Source of the DNA: Paragordius varius
Taxonomy: Eukaryota > Animalia > Nematomorpha
DNA length: 64,000 nucleotides
Direction of reading: 5' to 3'
NCBI GenBank assembly: GCA_964247055.1
Contig: OZ176052.1
Coordinates: 496,001-560,000 of the forward strand
A program made the position numbers and the translations under genes. This document shows positions 37,643 to 50,308 of this stretch, piece after piece. The notes beneath the pieces are model-generated. The model saw nothing but the letters and a program-made list of their open reading frames with translations, made no database searches and was not told where the DNA came from. Numbering within the stretch: the first letter of the stretch is position 1; each line of letters opens with the position of its first letter.

Positions 37643-38024
37643 ATCAGTTTTCCTATACCTATTAATTTATTCCAATAAATTAATTTTTAACATATTATTT
37701 ATTGGCTAAAAATGAATGTTATTATTGCTTTTATGTTTAAAGATCTACGAAGTTATATATTGTTTCTTTTAATGCAATAATTATAAATATGGTAAAAAAG
37801 ATGCGTCATTTTCAAGGTACAGTCATTATTTAAAATAAAATTACTATATAATTACAACAAAGGCAAAATAATATTTACTGTCTTGCGCACTATAATACAG
37901 CTAAAAAAACTTTCACTAAAATTTTTTCTCTCGTTTTATTTCTCATTTTTTTCGTTTCCAAATTTGGTAACATTGTTGTACACATACATTGTTTTTATTC
38001 TTTGTTGCGAAAATCGTGACTAAA

Positions 38025-39946
38025 ATGCAACCAAATTATAATTCTTGCCCACATTCATTGCATGCACATTGTTTTACAAGTCCGGCTTTTTGTGATTTTT
38101 GCGGTTCCATGATTTTTGGTCTTATTCTCCAAGGGCTAAAGTGCAGTGGATGTGGAAGGCCGTTCCATAAAAGGTGCGCCACAAAAGTCCCAAACGATTG
38201 TTCCCAAAGCCAATTGTTTAAGCAAAGGAATAATTATTCGAGAAATAACCAGGCGGATTCAAATTTGGTAGAAACAACAGCTGGTCGAATTATATCTAAT
38301 CCTGCTGGCAAGGTTTAGTTATTTAAAACTTTCAATCAATTTAGTCACTGATAAGTTATGTTATGGTTTTTAAATCTTTAATACATTATAACGCATATAT
38401 CATAAAAGTAAGACGGTAGATCCGGTTTTGCATTGCTATATAGATAAACGCTTATTAATTTGGCCAAAATACCATTATCCGTTTAATTACAATAACGTAT
38501 GGAGTATGACCAAGTGTGTTGACAATAAAAATAGATTTTTTTAACAATAAAAATTGAGATTTTACAGATAACATCATAAAAACAAAAGACAATTATTTTT
38601 AAAAATATAACAACCATACCTTTTCAAACTTTTATTTTGCCCATATAAACTAATTACAATTTTGAAATTTAGAATTGAGTGTGTTACTAATTTGCGCTCA
38701 GGTTGAATTTGACCTTAAAAATTGCTTATATTTTGTCTGTATAATTTCCATATTTACTGTAATTACAATAAAAATTTAAATTCTACGGACATAACGTAAA
38801 AATTTAAGGACAAATATTTTTTAAAATACAATTAACTTTTCAAAACCTTAATTTTTCTCATATACAATTGTAAAATATTGATTGTGTTAGTATATATACC
38901 TATATTCACTTTGCCATTTAAATAGATTAAAAAAGTATGGTTGTCATTTAGAAAAAAATATTTGTCTTTATTTTTATTTGTCCGTATAATTTCCATTTTT
39001 ACTGTAATTACAATCATTTCTCTTTTAAACCTCACGCTTAGTCACTTAAACAACGCAGTTTATATTATTATAGAGTGATTTTGGAATAAAATCAACAACT
39101 GCCCCAGAAGACATAATTGGTATATTTATTTGTACATTGTATTTTACAAAACGCTTTAATTTGATAATTATTTTAAAATATCTCTAAAGATTCTGAAAAA
39201 CGAACCCGTGGAATAAGCCACAATCTAGAAGCTCATACATATTATGTTCCGACCATTTGCCTTTCCTGTAAAAAACTGCTTTTAGGTTTCAGAAGACAGG
39301 GATCACAATGTACAGGTTAGTTAAAACAGTTTTCAAAACATTGTAAAAAAACCATTTTTCAAATATTAGAGTTAGTCCGGTATAGTGGCCGAGAAAATAC
39401 TGTCCAAATATGAAGTCGGTTTATTTTTTTTTAAGTTCAATGATTTGATTGTGGTTTCATTTCCAAAAATGAATGCCTTACTATTATAATAAATAAACAT
39501 AAAATGCAAAAATTAATTACAGATATTAATTACATGCCATTTTTGTTTAAAAAACTTTTTGTTCGAATAAAATAGAAAACAAAATTGGAAACTTTAAACG
39601 TGTATTAAAAATTGGTAACGTTTCTTTAAAAGCTACAATATTCAAAGAAAAGTTTTTTATAATTGAGTTTTTTAATTGCTTGTTTTTATTTTTTACAGCA
39701 TTTTAATTTAGAAACTCTCTTTTGGTGCTACACCAACTATTCATATTTCACTCAAAATTTTATTCTCAAACTAATTATAATTTAAATATAACAACTGCCA
39801 TGCATTTTGATATTTTATGCTTAAAAAATATTTTATTTAAAAATATTTTAGCTTGCCACTTCAATTGTTGCAGGAAATGCGCCCCCAACCTTCAGCCCAA
39901 TTGCATCGGAATCCAATCCGAAAACCAAACTTTAATTCATTCTTAA
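38025..39946 (+). CDS. Protein kinase D-like tandem C1 (C1a-C1b) protein with no kinase domain found; exons 38025-38312, 39074-39119, 39190-39315, 39852-39946
   Basis: C1a [50 protein letters not shown]; C1b [32 protein letters not shown]|[18 protein letters not shown]. Splice phases are consistent; stop TAA at 39944-39946. Confidence 0.8.
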
Positions 39947-40057
39947 TTTAAATCAAATTCGCTATACAATTTTATATTTTATTGTCTATACAAATCGATC
40001 TTCTATGCACTTAAACGAAAATCACGATTAAATTATTTATTTATCAATTTTATGATA

Positions 40058-40632
40058 CTAGCGTAAATCTCGTGCTGCTACGCAGCCCGAGGAAGTCTTT
40101 CGGACTTCTAGGGGGAGGGCTATTGAAAAAAAGGGGCAATAATATGATCCACTTCGAAACATTATTTAATAGTTATGATTTTATAGGAATTTTAAAACGG
40201 AGCTTTCATACTAATATATTGCTTAATTGGGGGAAAAATAGATTTAAAAAATTATTTTTGTGGACTTTTTTTAAAAATGGCATTTTACGGGGGGAGCGAG
40301 TATAAATAGGGACTAAATCAAAAAAGCGAGACGACTATATTCGGCGCAATCGAAAATAAGTGAACAAAAATCATATTTGAAATTGAATGGTCGCAACAGG
40401 TTCTCCGGAAAATTGTCTCAAAGACACGATTTTTTTTGGACTTGTGTTTTCAAAAACCGTTTTTCACACGGGGTGGGCCCGAACTGGGGGCCTATTTCAA
40501 AAAACGGGCGAAGCTATTGTCGGGGCATTCATTAATGATTATATTTTTTCGAAGTTTGGATTTGAATGGGTCTACCGGTTTTCCGGTACCAGATCACAAA
40601 GCCAGCATTTTCCATTTTTATAAATATATAGA
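40058..40632 (-). mobile_element. Non-autonomous Helitron, 575 bp
   Basis: The minus strand starts A|TCTATATATTTAT and ends with hairpin CTCGGGCTGC-GTA-GCAGCACGAG followed by CTAG|T. Confidence 0.85.
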
Positions 40633-41303
40633 TTAAAGGATTTGCTTCAATGTTGTATATGGTAATTTTATATATGTAATATTCTTTCTGAATTAATCCA
40701 TTTATAATTAAGAATAAGTAAGGCTTCCAAGAAAAACCGGATCAAAAGATATTTAAACTTTGTTTAATATTTTTTGCAAACCCTCCTAAAGTAAAAAACG
40801 ATTTTAAAACGCTCTAACCGCTCTTAGAATAATAACAGTGTGTTAAGCTATTATTAATTTATACGAAAATGTAATTTACTGCGTTGCTCATTATTAAATT
40901 TACTAACTATCTTAAAACCTATTTAATTTTGTTTAAACCCTTTAACATTTAAAATAATTGTGTTATTTATCGAACATAATACATATGAACATAATATAAT
41001 TTCAGTTATGTGAATTTTGAAAGGAATTGTAAATTTCGATTTTCGACGTTTTCATAAATTTAAACTAAAAGCAATATTATATCAATAATAGGTCCATAAC
41101 ACTTGAAAAGTTTTTGTGGTAGTTAGGGATCCCAGAGCAATATTAAAAAATATTTTAAAAAATTTAAAAATATCACAATCTTCGACCTTTTAACCGCATC
41201 AATTTATCGTGAAATCTCGAATGGAATATATTTTTATATATATAAAATTACTAAGATTATTAATAAAGAAATATTAATAGCAATAAATGTAACGTTAATA
41301 TGG

Positions 41304-41370
41304 TATACCATTTGCACTTCGAGAGTGTCCTTGAAGATTTCAAGTTGGTCCTTCAAGTTCAAATGGTATA
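41304..41370. mobile_element. 67-bp minimal derivative of MITE family M2
   Basis: tataccatttgcacttcgagagtgtcc...ttcaaatggtata: both termini are retained and the interior is deleted. Confidence 0.75.
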
Positions 41371-41556
41371 TTTTAGCATATAAAACACATTTATAGTTTC
41401 AGGTATTTAAATATTAAATTTTCAGTTTACTTTTAAATTTTCAGTTTATTTTTCATATATGTCCATTAAATTAAATTAAATTCGTATGACCCACTTCATT
41501 AATACCAAAACATCCAAGTTGACTAAATATACAAAATTGATACCCCAAGTAGTCAA

Positions 41557-41614
41557 ATAGTTGTGTCGTACTGATGAGTGCTAACAAACACGAAACTAGT
41601 CTACGATTACTATT
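41557..41614 (+). ncRNA. Minimal type I hammerhead ribozyme motif
   Basis: tcgta-CTGATGA-gtg(ctaacaaa)cac-GAAA-c-ta-g-TC-tacga. Stem I is tcgta/tacga extended by aatagt/actatt, stem II is gtg/cac, and stem III is formed by palindromic ACTAGT. GUC cleavage triplet at 41599-41601. Confidence 0.8.
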
Positions 41615-42059
41615 AACGATCACATAACATTTTTTTACAAAACAATATTAATCCGTCATTTACCTTTGCAAGATCAACTTGTCAGTTTATTGAGCAGATT
41701 AATATCTGTGTATTTATTTGTCTCTTTATTTTTAACCAATAAGAGTTGTTGATAAATAATATAATATCAAACATTATTCACAAATAAAACAATGATTTTT
41801 GATTACCAATAATTATAAATTAATAAATCATATATATACGAATATTGCGGAATATATATTCAATATAAATATTATATGTCCTTAGCGAAAAAAACAAAAT
41901 TATCCGAAATTGTTTTAAAGCCTTATTGGGGGACTAAATTGAGGGGATAATTTAAACGCATTCATATGTCAATACAAAAAGTACACTATTGAAACTAAAT
42001 CCAATAATTTTTCGGAATCGTTTGAACTCATAATTAAAGCGACTTTTTCAAAAAAACCC

Positions 42060-42179
42060 GATTTTTACATGGACTGGGGCAACTTCGGCGTATTTATTAA
42101 AATTTTATACAATCGTAATGGGCTATCCGTTCCCAAGCGTTACTCAAAGCTGACATTCTTATTTTAATAATATATAGAT
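42060..42179 (-). mobile_element. Probable Helitron 5' end fragment
   Basis: Reverse complement begins A|TCTATATATTATTAAAATAAGAATG, like the Helitron start at 40632; no 3' end identified. Confidence 0.4.
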
Positions 42180-42544
42180 TAGCTTTAAAAAACTTTTAAT
42201 TTACAATTTAATAAAAATTTTGATATTTTTAGAGTTAAATACCAGCTATTAGTTTCTATTAATTTTATAGCTTAAATTTGGGATACAATATAAAATGATA
42301 AGTTTTTATATTTTCAGGTGAAGAGGGTTTGATAAAAAGGTTTAACCAAACAACTTTTTAAATATTTTGTTCTAACTTAAAGGACCGGGCTGAAAACTAA
42401 TCCAAAATGTCATCGCTACAAAATTAATAAGGTAGGTAACTAATTATTCTTTTGTTTAATACCGATAACTAAGATAGCTAGAGCTACCATAACCATATTT
42501 AAATTGATATAATTAAAGCTTTCTCACCTTTTGACTTTGTTAAA

Positions 42545-43075
42545 GTTAACCATATTGGGGTATTTTATATCCCAAAATTATGTAATTACTGTTTTAAAAG
42601 TGTTTTATAAAAAAATATTATCGAACATTTTTCTCTGCATTAGATAAAAAAGCTTATTTTTTTTACAGTTTTGTGACTTCTAGTGTCGAAAATTGAGACA
42701 GCTTTAAAAGAAAAAACGAACAGCTGATATTAAATAAAAAATATCTTATTTTTGCTAAAATATCGGCTGAAACTTTTTAATGTTAGTTTATGATTTACAT
42801 ACATTATTGCCTGCATTGGCGAATTCGATAAAAAATGATGAAAAAAAGTTTAAAATGAGGATTTTTTTCAAACTATACTTTTTAAACAATTTTTTATAAT
42901 GCGCCTAAAAGGCTAAAGAAAGCTTGGTTAAATTCAACTCAACAACACAATTACATTTTGATATATTTAGACTCACTTTAGTATATATACTACCCGAAAA
43001 TGTATACCCTAAATACCTTTAGATATTTAATTTTCGAATAGCCCTAGTAAACTGCCCCAAATGGGGTGTTAAGTA
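42545..43075. mobile_element. MITE family P2, second copy, TTAA at both ends
   Basis: ttaaccatattggggtatttt...aaactgccccaaatggggtgttaa; homologous to 12020-12478. Confidence 0.7.
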
Positions 43076-43192
43076 TATAAATTTACACATTGATTAATAA
43101 TTATAATAAAATATAAATCGATTGCAACATCCAAATAATTTATTTTAACACATATGTCTAATGTATGAATCTTAAATTTTTTAAAATTCAGC

Positions 43193-44751
43193 ATGTCAGG
43201 AGCTAGCGACGAAGAGGTTTTGGGAAACTTATTGCAAGAAAATAAAACCCATGAAAGTATTTTAATTACGTAATCTAATAAAAATTGTTTCTGTTGTTTT
43301 GGACAAAATAATTAAACGAAACTGACAAAAAATTTAAATATAATTTTTACATTTAGAGAATGAATCATCTTCTGACACAATTTTGGAAGATGACACCATT
43401 CACGATATTGAATCACCAAAACGAAAAAAGGTTCACGTTGAAAAAGATAAGAAAAGTATTTAAATATTAATTAAATAAAATTTATATTATTAGATGATGA
43501 TTCTTCTGTATCCGACACAGACGATTTTAAAGATAATCCAAAAAATAAAGCGAAAACTACAAAATCAACGCTTATTGACTCTAACAATAACAAATTAAAA
43601 GTACTATCCATTTTTCAATCAAAAACAACATTTTTTAAAGAAAACTATCTTTTTTATTCAAATCAATATTTTATTTCATTACTCAGAAAACAGATATAAC
43701 CATTGAACGTTGGAAAAAATATATTCGGGCAGCCGGTCTCCATATTAATAATTATCAGAAATTTTTCGATGACTGTAAAAATGAGAAACAAAAGATTGCT
43801 AAACTTAAAAACTTTTTAGAGCAGACGTTTAAGGAAATGCACATGAGTTCAGGTTTTATCAAACAGTTTTAATTTATTACACTAATATTTTAAATTTGGC
43901 GGAAAAAAACCTAAATAAAGACAAATATATTTTTTAAAAGGATACCATACTTTTATAAACCTTAAATTTTCATAATAAATTATTTAATAACAAACGTATG
44001 ATAAATAATTAATTATGCTACCAATATGCATCTCTATTCCATATTTTGCAAATGGAAACAATGGGTTAAATCGAAAAAATTAAGATTATTGGTATGATGT
44101 GTTTTTTTGAAAAAAATTTGTCGTAATATTTTTACGTTTTGTCCGTATAATTTTTTACTATTTATACTTGTAGAAAACATTTCGCTTAAAAAATGTCTAA
44201 AACTCAAAAAGAAAATAGAGGAAGCAAAAGAAATATCCGAATTGGACACATCCAACATTATATCTACTAATGGTATAAATTAAATGTTACAAATCTTGAC
44301 AAAATATTGTAAGACAAACCTTTTTTTGTGAGGACACAACCATAGAAACATCTTTTTTAAGCCAATTATCTACCATTCATAAGTCGGTATGAAAACGCAA
44401 AAAAACATTCGCTTATGCAATAAAATTTTATACACAAAATATTTTTTACTAAAAAATTTGAAATGGCAAAATTTAAACATACACATTTTTGACATGTGTA
44501 TCAATATTTGCGAAAAAATTAATTTTTTTCACGCAATATTTTTTTATATTTTTCAATTTTTTAAAGGCAAAAGACCTCGCAGATCAAACGTTCGAAGTTT
44601 ATATGCCATCTCTCCCCTGAGTCAAGAAGAAAAGACGCAAAATCAATCAGCTGATCTTGAGGATACTCACGAATCAGACGATAAAAATGAAATCAAAGAA
44701 ACATTCAAAAGGCTAAAAAATGTTTTTGATTGTGAACAGGAATCTGATTGA
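43193..44751 (+). CDS. HIRIP3: HIRA-interacting protein 3-like histone chaperone, 6 exons
   Basis: Acidic/basic N-terminal exons, then IERWKKYIRAAGLHINNYQKFFDDCKNEKQKIAKLK, ENISLKKCLKLKKKIEEAKEISELDTSNIISTNG and KRPRRS. All splice phases were checked and are consistent. Confidence 0.8.
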
Positions 44752-45878
44752 TTGATTGATATCACGATTATATATTTTACACTTTCCAATGATCTCAGTG
44801 GATGTATATTTGTAAACAATGTATAATTACATGCAACAATGTTGGTGGAACAATATTTTATTTTGTGTCATCAATCATACATATAGATATTTATATATCA
44901 TATATTAATAAATACCAGAAAAATATATTAAGGATAAATTTTGAATTCAATTTGGTGTATATATATATATATATATATATGCATAAAATTTAACCGGATA
45001 TAAATGTAATATAATATGGTGATGATAATCAAAATCAAAATGCAATTATTATAATTCAATATTTTTATGTGTGGAGTGTAAAATTAATCATAAACACCCA
45101 AAAAAAGCGTAGGTTATTTTGGCAAAAATGGAAGGCAAATACATGTAAAATAAATCACAGCAGACGAATTATATATGACAGTAAAATTGAAATTATAAAA
45201 GGCAAAACACGTTAAAAAATTAAGAGACAAATATTTTTTTATCGAAAAAATCACAAACATACTTTAATAAACTTTAATTTTTTTCTAAATCCAACACCTA
45301 TTGTTTTATGTTGCAGAATTTGGAATAGAAATGTCTCTAATGGTTACACCAATAATTTTATTATTACCATTGTAGTAATTATTTTAGAGTTAAAGAAAAA
45401 ACTAAGGTTTTGTACAAGTACAGTAAAAATTGAAATAATACGGACAAAACGTAAAAATATATAAATTTTTTTTGCTTCTAATAGACAGACAACCAACCAT
45501 ACTTTTTTAATCTTGATTTTTTTGAGTATAACTCATCGTTTGAAACTACAAAGTATAAATATAGAAAAAATTGGTAACACAATCAATTATGTATTTTACC
45601 ATTGTAATTAAATGTTATAATAGGATAAATTAAGGTTTAAAAAAGTATGGTTGTCTTTAGGATAAAAAATTTTGTCTTTATATTTTTACCATTTGACCGT
45701 ACCATTTCAAATTTTAATGTGTATAGTTGTATTTTGAAAAAAAAACGTATTTGCCTCTTTTCATTAGTAGTATTTACGTCGTTTTATCTTTGCATAAAAT
45801 TTCAATTTTTACTGTAATGATATTGTTATTGTAAAAAATAATCTGGAAGTCACACATGATTATATGCGTGCGTTTTAT

Positions 45879-48800
45879 TTAAGTTGAGGTGGTAAAAGAT
45901 AAGGCTTCCTGCATTTCCTCCACCAATTCTTGGGCAGTTTCATCCATTTTAGATCGGGCGAAAGGCGAATTCACAGGCAATAATCCTTCAATAATGTGCC
46001 ATCTACCTTCATTTGCATCCACGCGCACTGGAAAACTGTAACAAATGCCAGCTGGGATTCCGTAATGTTTGCCATCGGACAACACAGCCATAGAAGCTAT
46101 TACACCCTGACATATATGCATATATATTTATAAACTATTTATACCTCAAAATTACCCTTGGAACAATTCATTGCACCTTTAAATATTTCAAATTTACCCT
46201 GGAATGATTCAAGTTGACTATCAATTCTACCCTTGTAAATATTATGATTTCACTTTTGAAAAATTGAAATTTATACCAAAATAAATAACGTGTGTTTTTT
46301 TTGAGTATAAATAACTATCCATATTTTTATGCAGTTGTTAAATTTAAAATTTGGGATATAAAATAAATACAATAGGGAAAAAATAATAATTCACTTAAAT
46401 GGTCGCTGTGCTATGCAGTATCATATGGTGGTCAGCCCTTGAGACAATAAAAATATTTTTTTGACCTTTTAAATTTTTTGGTGAATAACACTGGTATATA
46501 GTTAATAAAAATTAAGATATTATAATAAATTGATTAGAACAATGTTTTAAACAAGATATTGCGATATTACTATTTCCCCATACATGATTATAAAGAATCA
46601 AAATTTAATATTTTAACATAATGACTAATTATAATCTTAAAATGATGCCTAAATAAACATGAATATAATACAACTAAACCAAAAAAATCATATTAAAATA
46701 TTCCATTATAAATTTTAACCAGGGATTTACTAAGCAATATAAATTTTTTTTATAAATCCAATAATTATCTTTAAACGATGCCTTAATAAATATGAATACA
46801 ATGATAATCAAATAAAATCTTGTAAAAATATTATTTTACACTTAAACAGGAATATTTAAATATAACAAATTACATAAACCAAAAAATAAAAATTTATAAA
46901 TATTTCCGAAAATAAATACCAACTATACATTTAGATCAAGCTTGAGATTATTATTTTATTCATACTCTCATACAAGAATTTATCACGATAATAATTTAAA
47001 ATAAGATATAATTTTATTAAATACTAGTTTTATTAAATATTCCAATATTAAAATTTTGACATAAATTTAAAAATATTTCCCGAAAATAATCGAAAATGTA
47101 CCGGGGCAGTTCCAAAGAACCAATCTCTCATATGATCGCAGGCGGCTTTCGCAGCTGACATTGCACTTGACAGTTTGCGGGCCGCGATGACTTCGGCACC
47201 TCTTTGTTGAACTGACTATAAAAAGAAAATATATACGGACAAAATGTAAAAATGTAAAGACAAAAGACAGGCACATACTGGTGAATTACAATTTTAAAAT
47301 GTGTATACCTTTGTTTTAAAAAAACTCTATTAATTAATTATGATGAGCTATTTTTATGTTAAAAGTATTCTACATAACAAAAAAATTATATTAAAAATCA
47401 ATAAAGACAAAGTATAAAAAAAAGCACTTATAACCCATTTTGTATATCAATACTTTTGATTTTGGGCAGCAAATACAATAATAAATTGGTATTAAACTCA
47501 GTTCTATATTGCAAAATTCAATCATATATGTGGTAACAATCACAAATTGGAGTTTTCTTTGGTAATATACCAAAACTAAATAAGATATATGTGAAAAATC
47601 AAAGTTTACCTTTACGAACGTGTTTTCGACCCAATCCCTATCGTCTGCCAGTAGGCTCATGACGGGCGTGAATGTGTGCGAATCACGTGTTTTGCACTCA
47701 GCTGCATCCAAACACGGAAATTGAGTGGATGAATGATTGCCCCAAATCACGACGTTTCGAACATTCGAGACGGGCACCTCTAATTTCCGGGCCAACAAGC
47801 CCAAAGCCCTATTTTGATCCAACCGGGTGAGGGCTGAGAAATTTTGGCGAGGTATAGAGGGCGCATAATGCGCACAAATCATGGCATTAGTGTTGGCCGG
47901 ATTCCCAACCACCAGCACTTTAACATCCCGCCTAGCAAACTTTTCAAGGGCCTGACCCTGACCCTTGAAAATGTTCACGTTCATTCGCAACAAATCTTTG
48001 CGTTCCATTCCAGCTTTGCGTGGCATTGAACCGACGAGGAATGCGACCTGGACATCTTTGAAAGCTACCTCCTCCGAATCCGTGGGAATAAGATCTGAAA
48101 GCCAAAAATATATTACAAAGGGGTTTTCAAACAGTCGGGTTTTTACGCATATGGGGTGATTTTAAAATTCAAATTATTTTATAGACAAAAGATATATTTG
48201 TAATTAAGATAGTGGATTAAAAAGTTTTATTCTCATGCATAATAAAAAGTAAACCGTTAATAAATAGTCATATATTTTTATACCTAAATATATATAAACA
48301 ATAAGATTAGGAAAATAAAGTAAAGGGATCCTCAAATCATACAACCTAATCAAAATGGACCATAAAAGCTGTTTGAAATTTAAATTTTTTATAAAAAATA
48401 TAATTCTTAAGACTTTAAACTCGAGTTCTTTATGTTTTTATTACCTAAAAATAGCGAATATACCATTTGCACTTCGAGAGTGTCCTTTACCACTTCAAGT
48501 TGGGCATTAAACATTTCACGTTGGTCCTTGAACATTTCAAGTTGGTCCTTAAACACTTTAAGTTGGTCCTTTAACTTTTTGTTTTTATCTTTTATTAATT
48601 ATTTTTTATACCATTCATCTATTTTGTCGTTTTTAACCTATTTTTATTTATTAACAATAATATTTAATCAATATCAACTTTTATGAAAAACCGTATAACA
48701 TTATTAATATCTCGAATTATTTTGGATATTTAGAACATTTCAAGACGTAATTAACAAATATATAAGTTTTGTGGGTTATTATTTACAATTTATTATTGAA

Positions 48801-50153
48801 GACATTTAAAATTAATAAATTTGTTAAATTGAAAAAAATTAGAAGAAAAATGTGGTTTGTGAATAGAAAATTAATTTTTAAATGAATAAATATATAATAA
48901 ATAAAGAAAATTAAAAATAATAAAATAAAAAAACACATGAAAAAATTATGGTTAAATCAAAATCTTCAAATTTTAAGGACCAACTTGAAGTGTTCAAGGA
49001 CGCTCTTGAAGTGTAAATGGTATATAATGTATCGTAGTTAGAAAAGCTAACTAATAAAATACTTTTGATAAACTTTTCGTAGATTTTTCAAAAGTAAGTA
49101 TATTTTTAAATTTATAGTCTCTAGAACAGGGGTGTCCAAGGTAAATATCTACGTGGCTAATTTTATAATTTTTGGTTTTTATGCCCGTAAGAAATTTTAT
49201 ATAGACAAAATTTCGCAAATTTAAGTAAAATTAATTATTTTAAACAAATTTTCAGATAAATCTCCCCGTGGCATAGAAGTAAAAAAAAGTAATTTTTATA
49301 ATCTTATGTTTAATACATGCAATAAAATATTTGTTAATGCCCTTATATTCTGCAAATGCGGCCGAAATTTTTGATTTCCCCATGTTTCTAGATAATCGTA
49401 AATTTTTGATTATCAATATTTTATTTTATAAACATTTTTTAGAGTTTTTAGGCCCCAAAAAAGCGTGTTGGAATCCCTGTTCTGAAACTTAATAAGTATT
49501 TATAAAGTAGCTTAATAATGTTTTATCTTCAAAATATATATCCATAATAATAAAGGTATAATGTGATTGAAAATTAAGAAAAGCAAATATAAATATGTTT
49601 ATTGACGCTTAATAAGCTCTTAAACACTTAATATAATATTTAATGCGCCTGCTATATTCAGTATGTGAATAAATTTAAACGTTTATAAAATTAAATCCTT
49701 AAGCATTACACATATTCGATTTAAATATATTTTATAGTGTGAAAATAGGGATTTGACAAATATTTTTAATAAAAAACCACAGGAACAATCTTAAAATTAG
49801 TACTAGATTTGGTGAAAAACCAATTTTCGCTATAGAAATTAACACTAAAGTTATATAGAAAAATGGATCAAAAAAATCCGTATTTATTTTATGTCTTTTA
49901 ATAAGACATAATTTATTTCCATACTTCGAACATTAGGGAAAGCGCAATCTTGTATTTCCATAACAACTCCGTTCAAAACGCCCATCATTGGAGTGATGTC
50001 CAACATAACGAGATCAACAAGCCTTTCTTTTCCAAAAACATCGCCTTTTGCAATAGAATATAGGAGAGAATAGCCAATCTGACCTGCAGCTCCAGTGACT
50101 AGGACGCGTATTGCTTCTGTAGACTAAAAAATTACGAAAAAATTTCTAACCAT
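45879..50153 (-). CDS. MDH1: Cytosolic malate dehydrogenase; exons 50153-50151, 50123-49925, 48094-47610, 47215-47102, 46106-45879
   Basis: [91 protein letters not shown]. Confidence 0.97.
48459..49024. mobile_element. Full MITE family M2 copy in an MDH1 intron
   Basis: TA-TACCATTTGCACTTCGAGAGTGTCC...GACGCTCTTGAAGTGTAAATGGTA-TA. Confidence 0.85.
49127..49479. mobile_element. hAT-like MITE in an MDH1 intron
   Basis: Termini CAGGGGTGTCCAA / TTGGAATCCCTG; flanks ctctagaa / ttctgaaa resemble a decayed 8-bp target-site duplication. Confidence 0.65.
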
Positions 50154-50308
50154 GTGCAAGTCAAAATTTTTTAAAACATATGTCTAAATAAAATCTTAAA
50201 TATTTAAAAAATTATAAAAATAGATTTTTACAAATTATTAACCATTTCTAATTATTTTAAATTATAATTTCTTAATAAACATTTTTGTGCAAAAAACAGT
50301 GTGCTCAC

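Noticed and set aside
42310-42440. Splice-like signals and a short ATG frame that might be PKD continuation exons
   Set aside because: There is no PH- or kinase-like translation, and it could not be joined in frame to the C1 gene.
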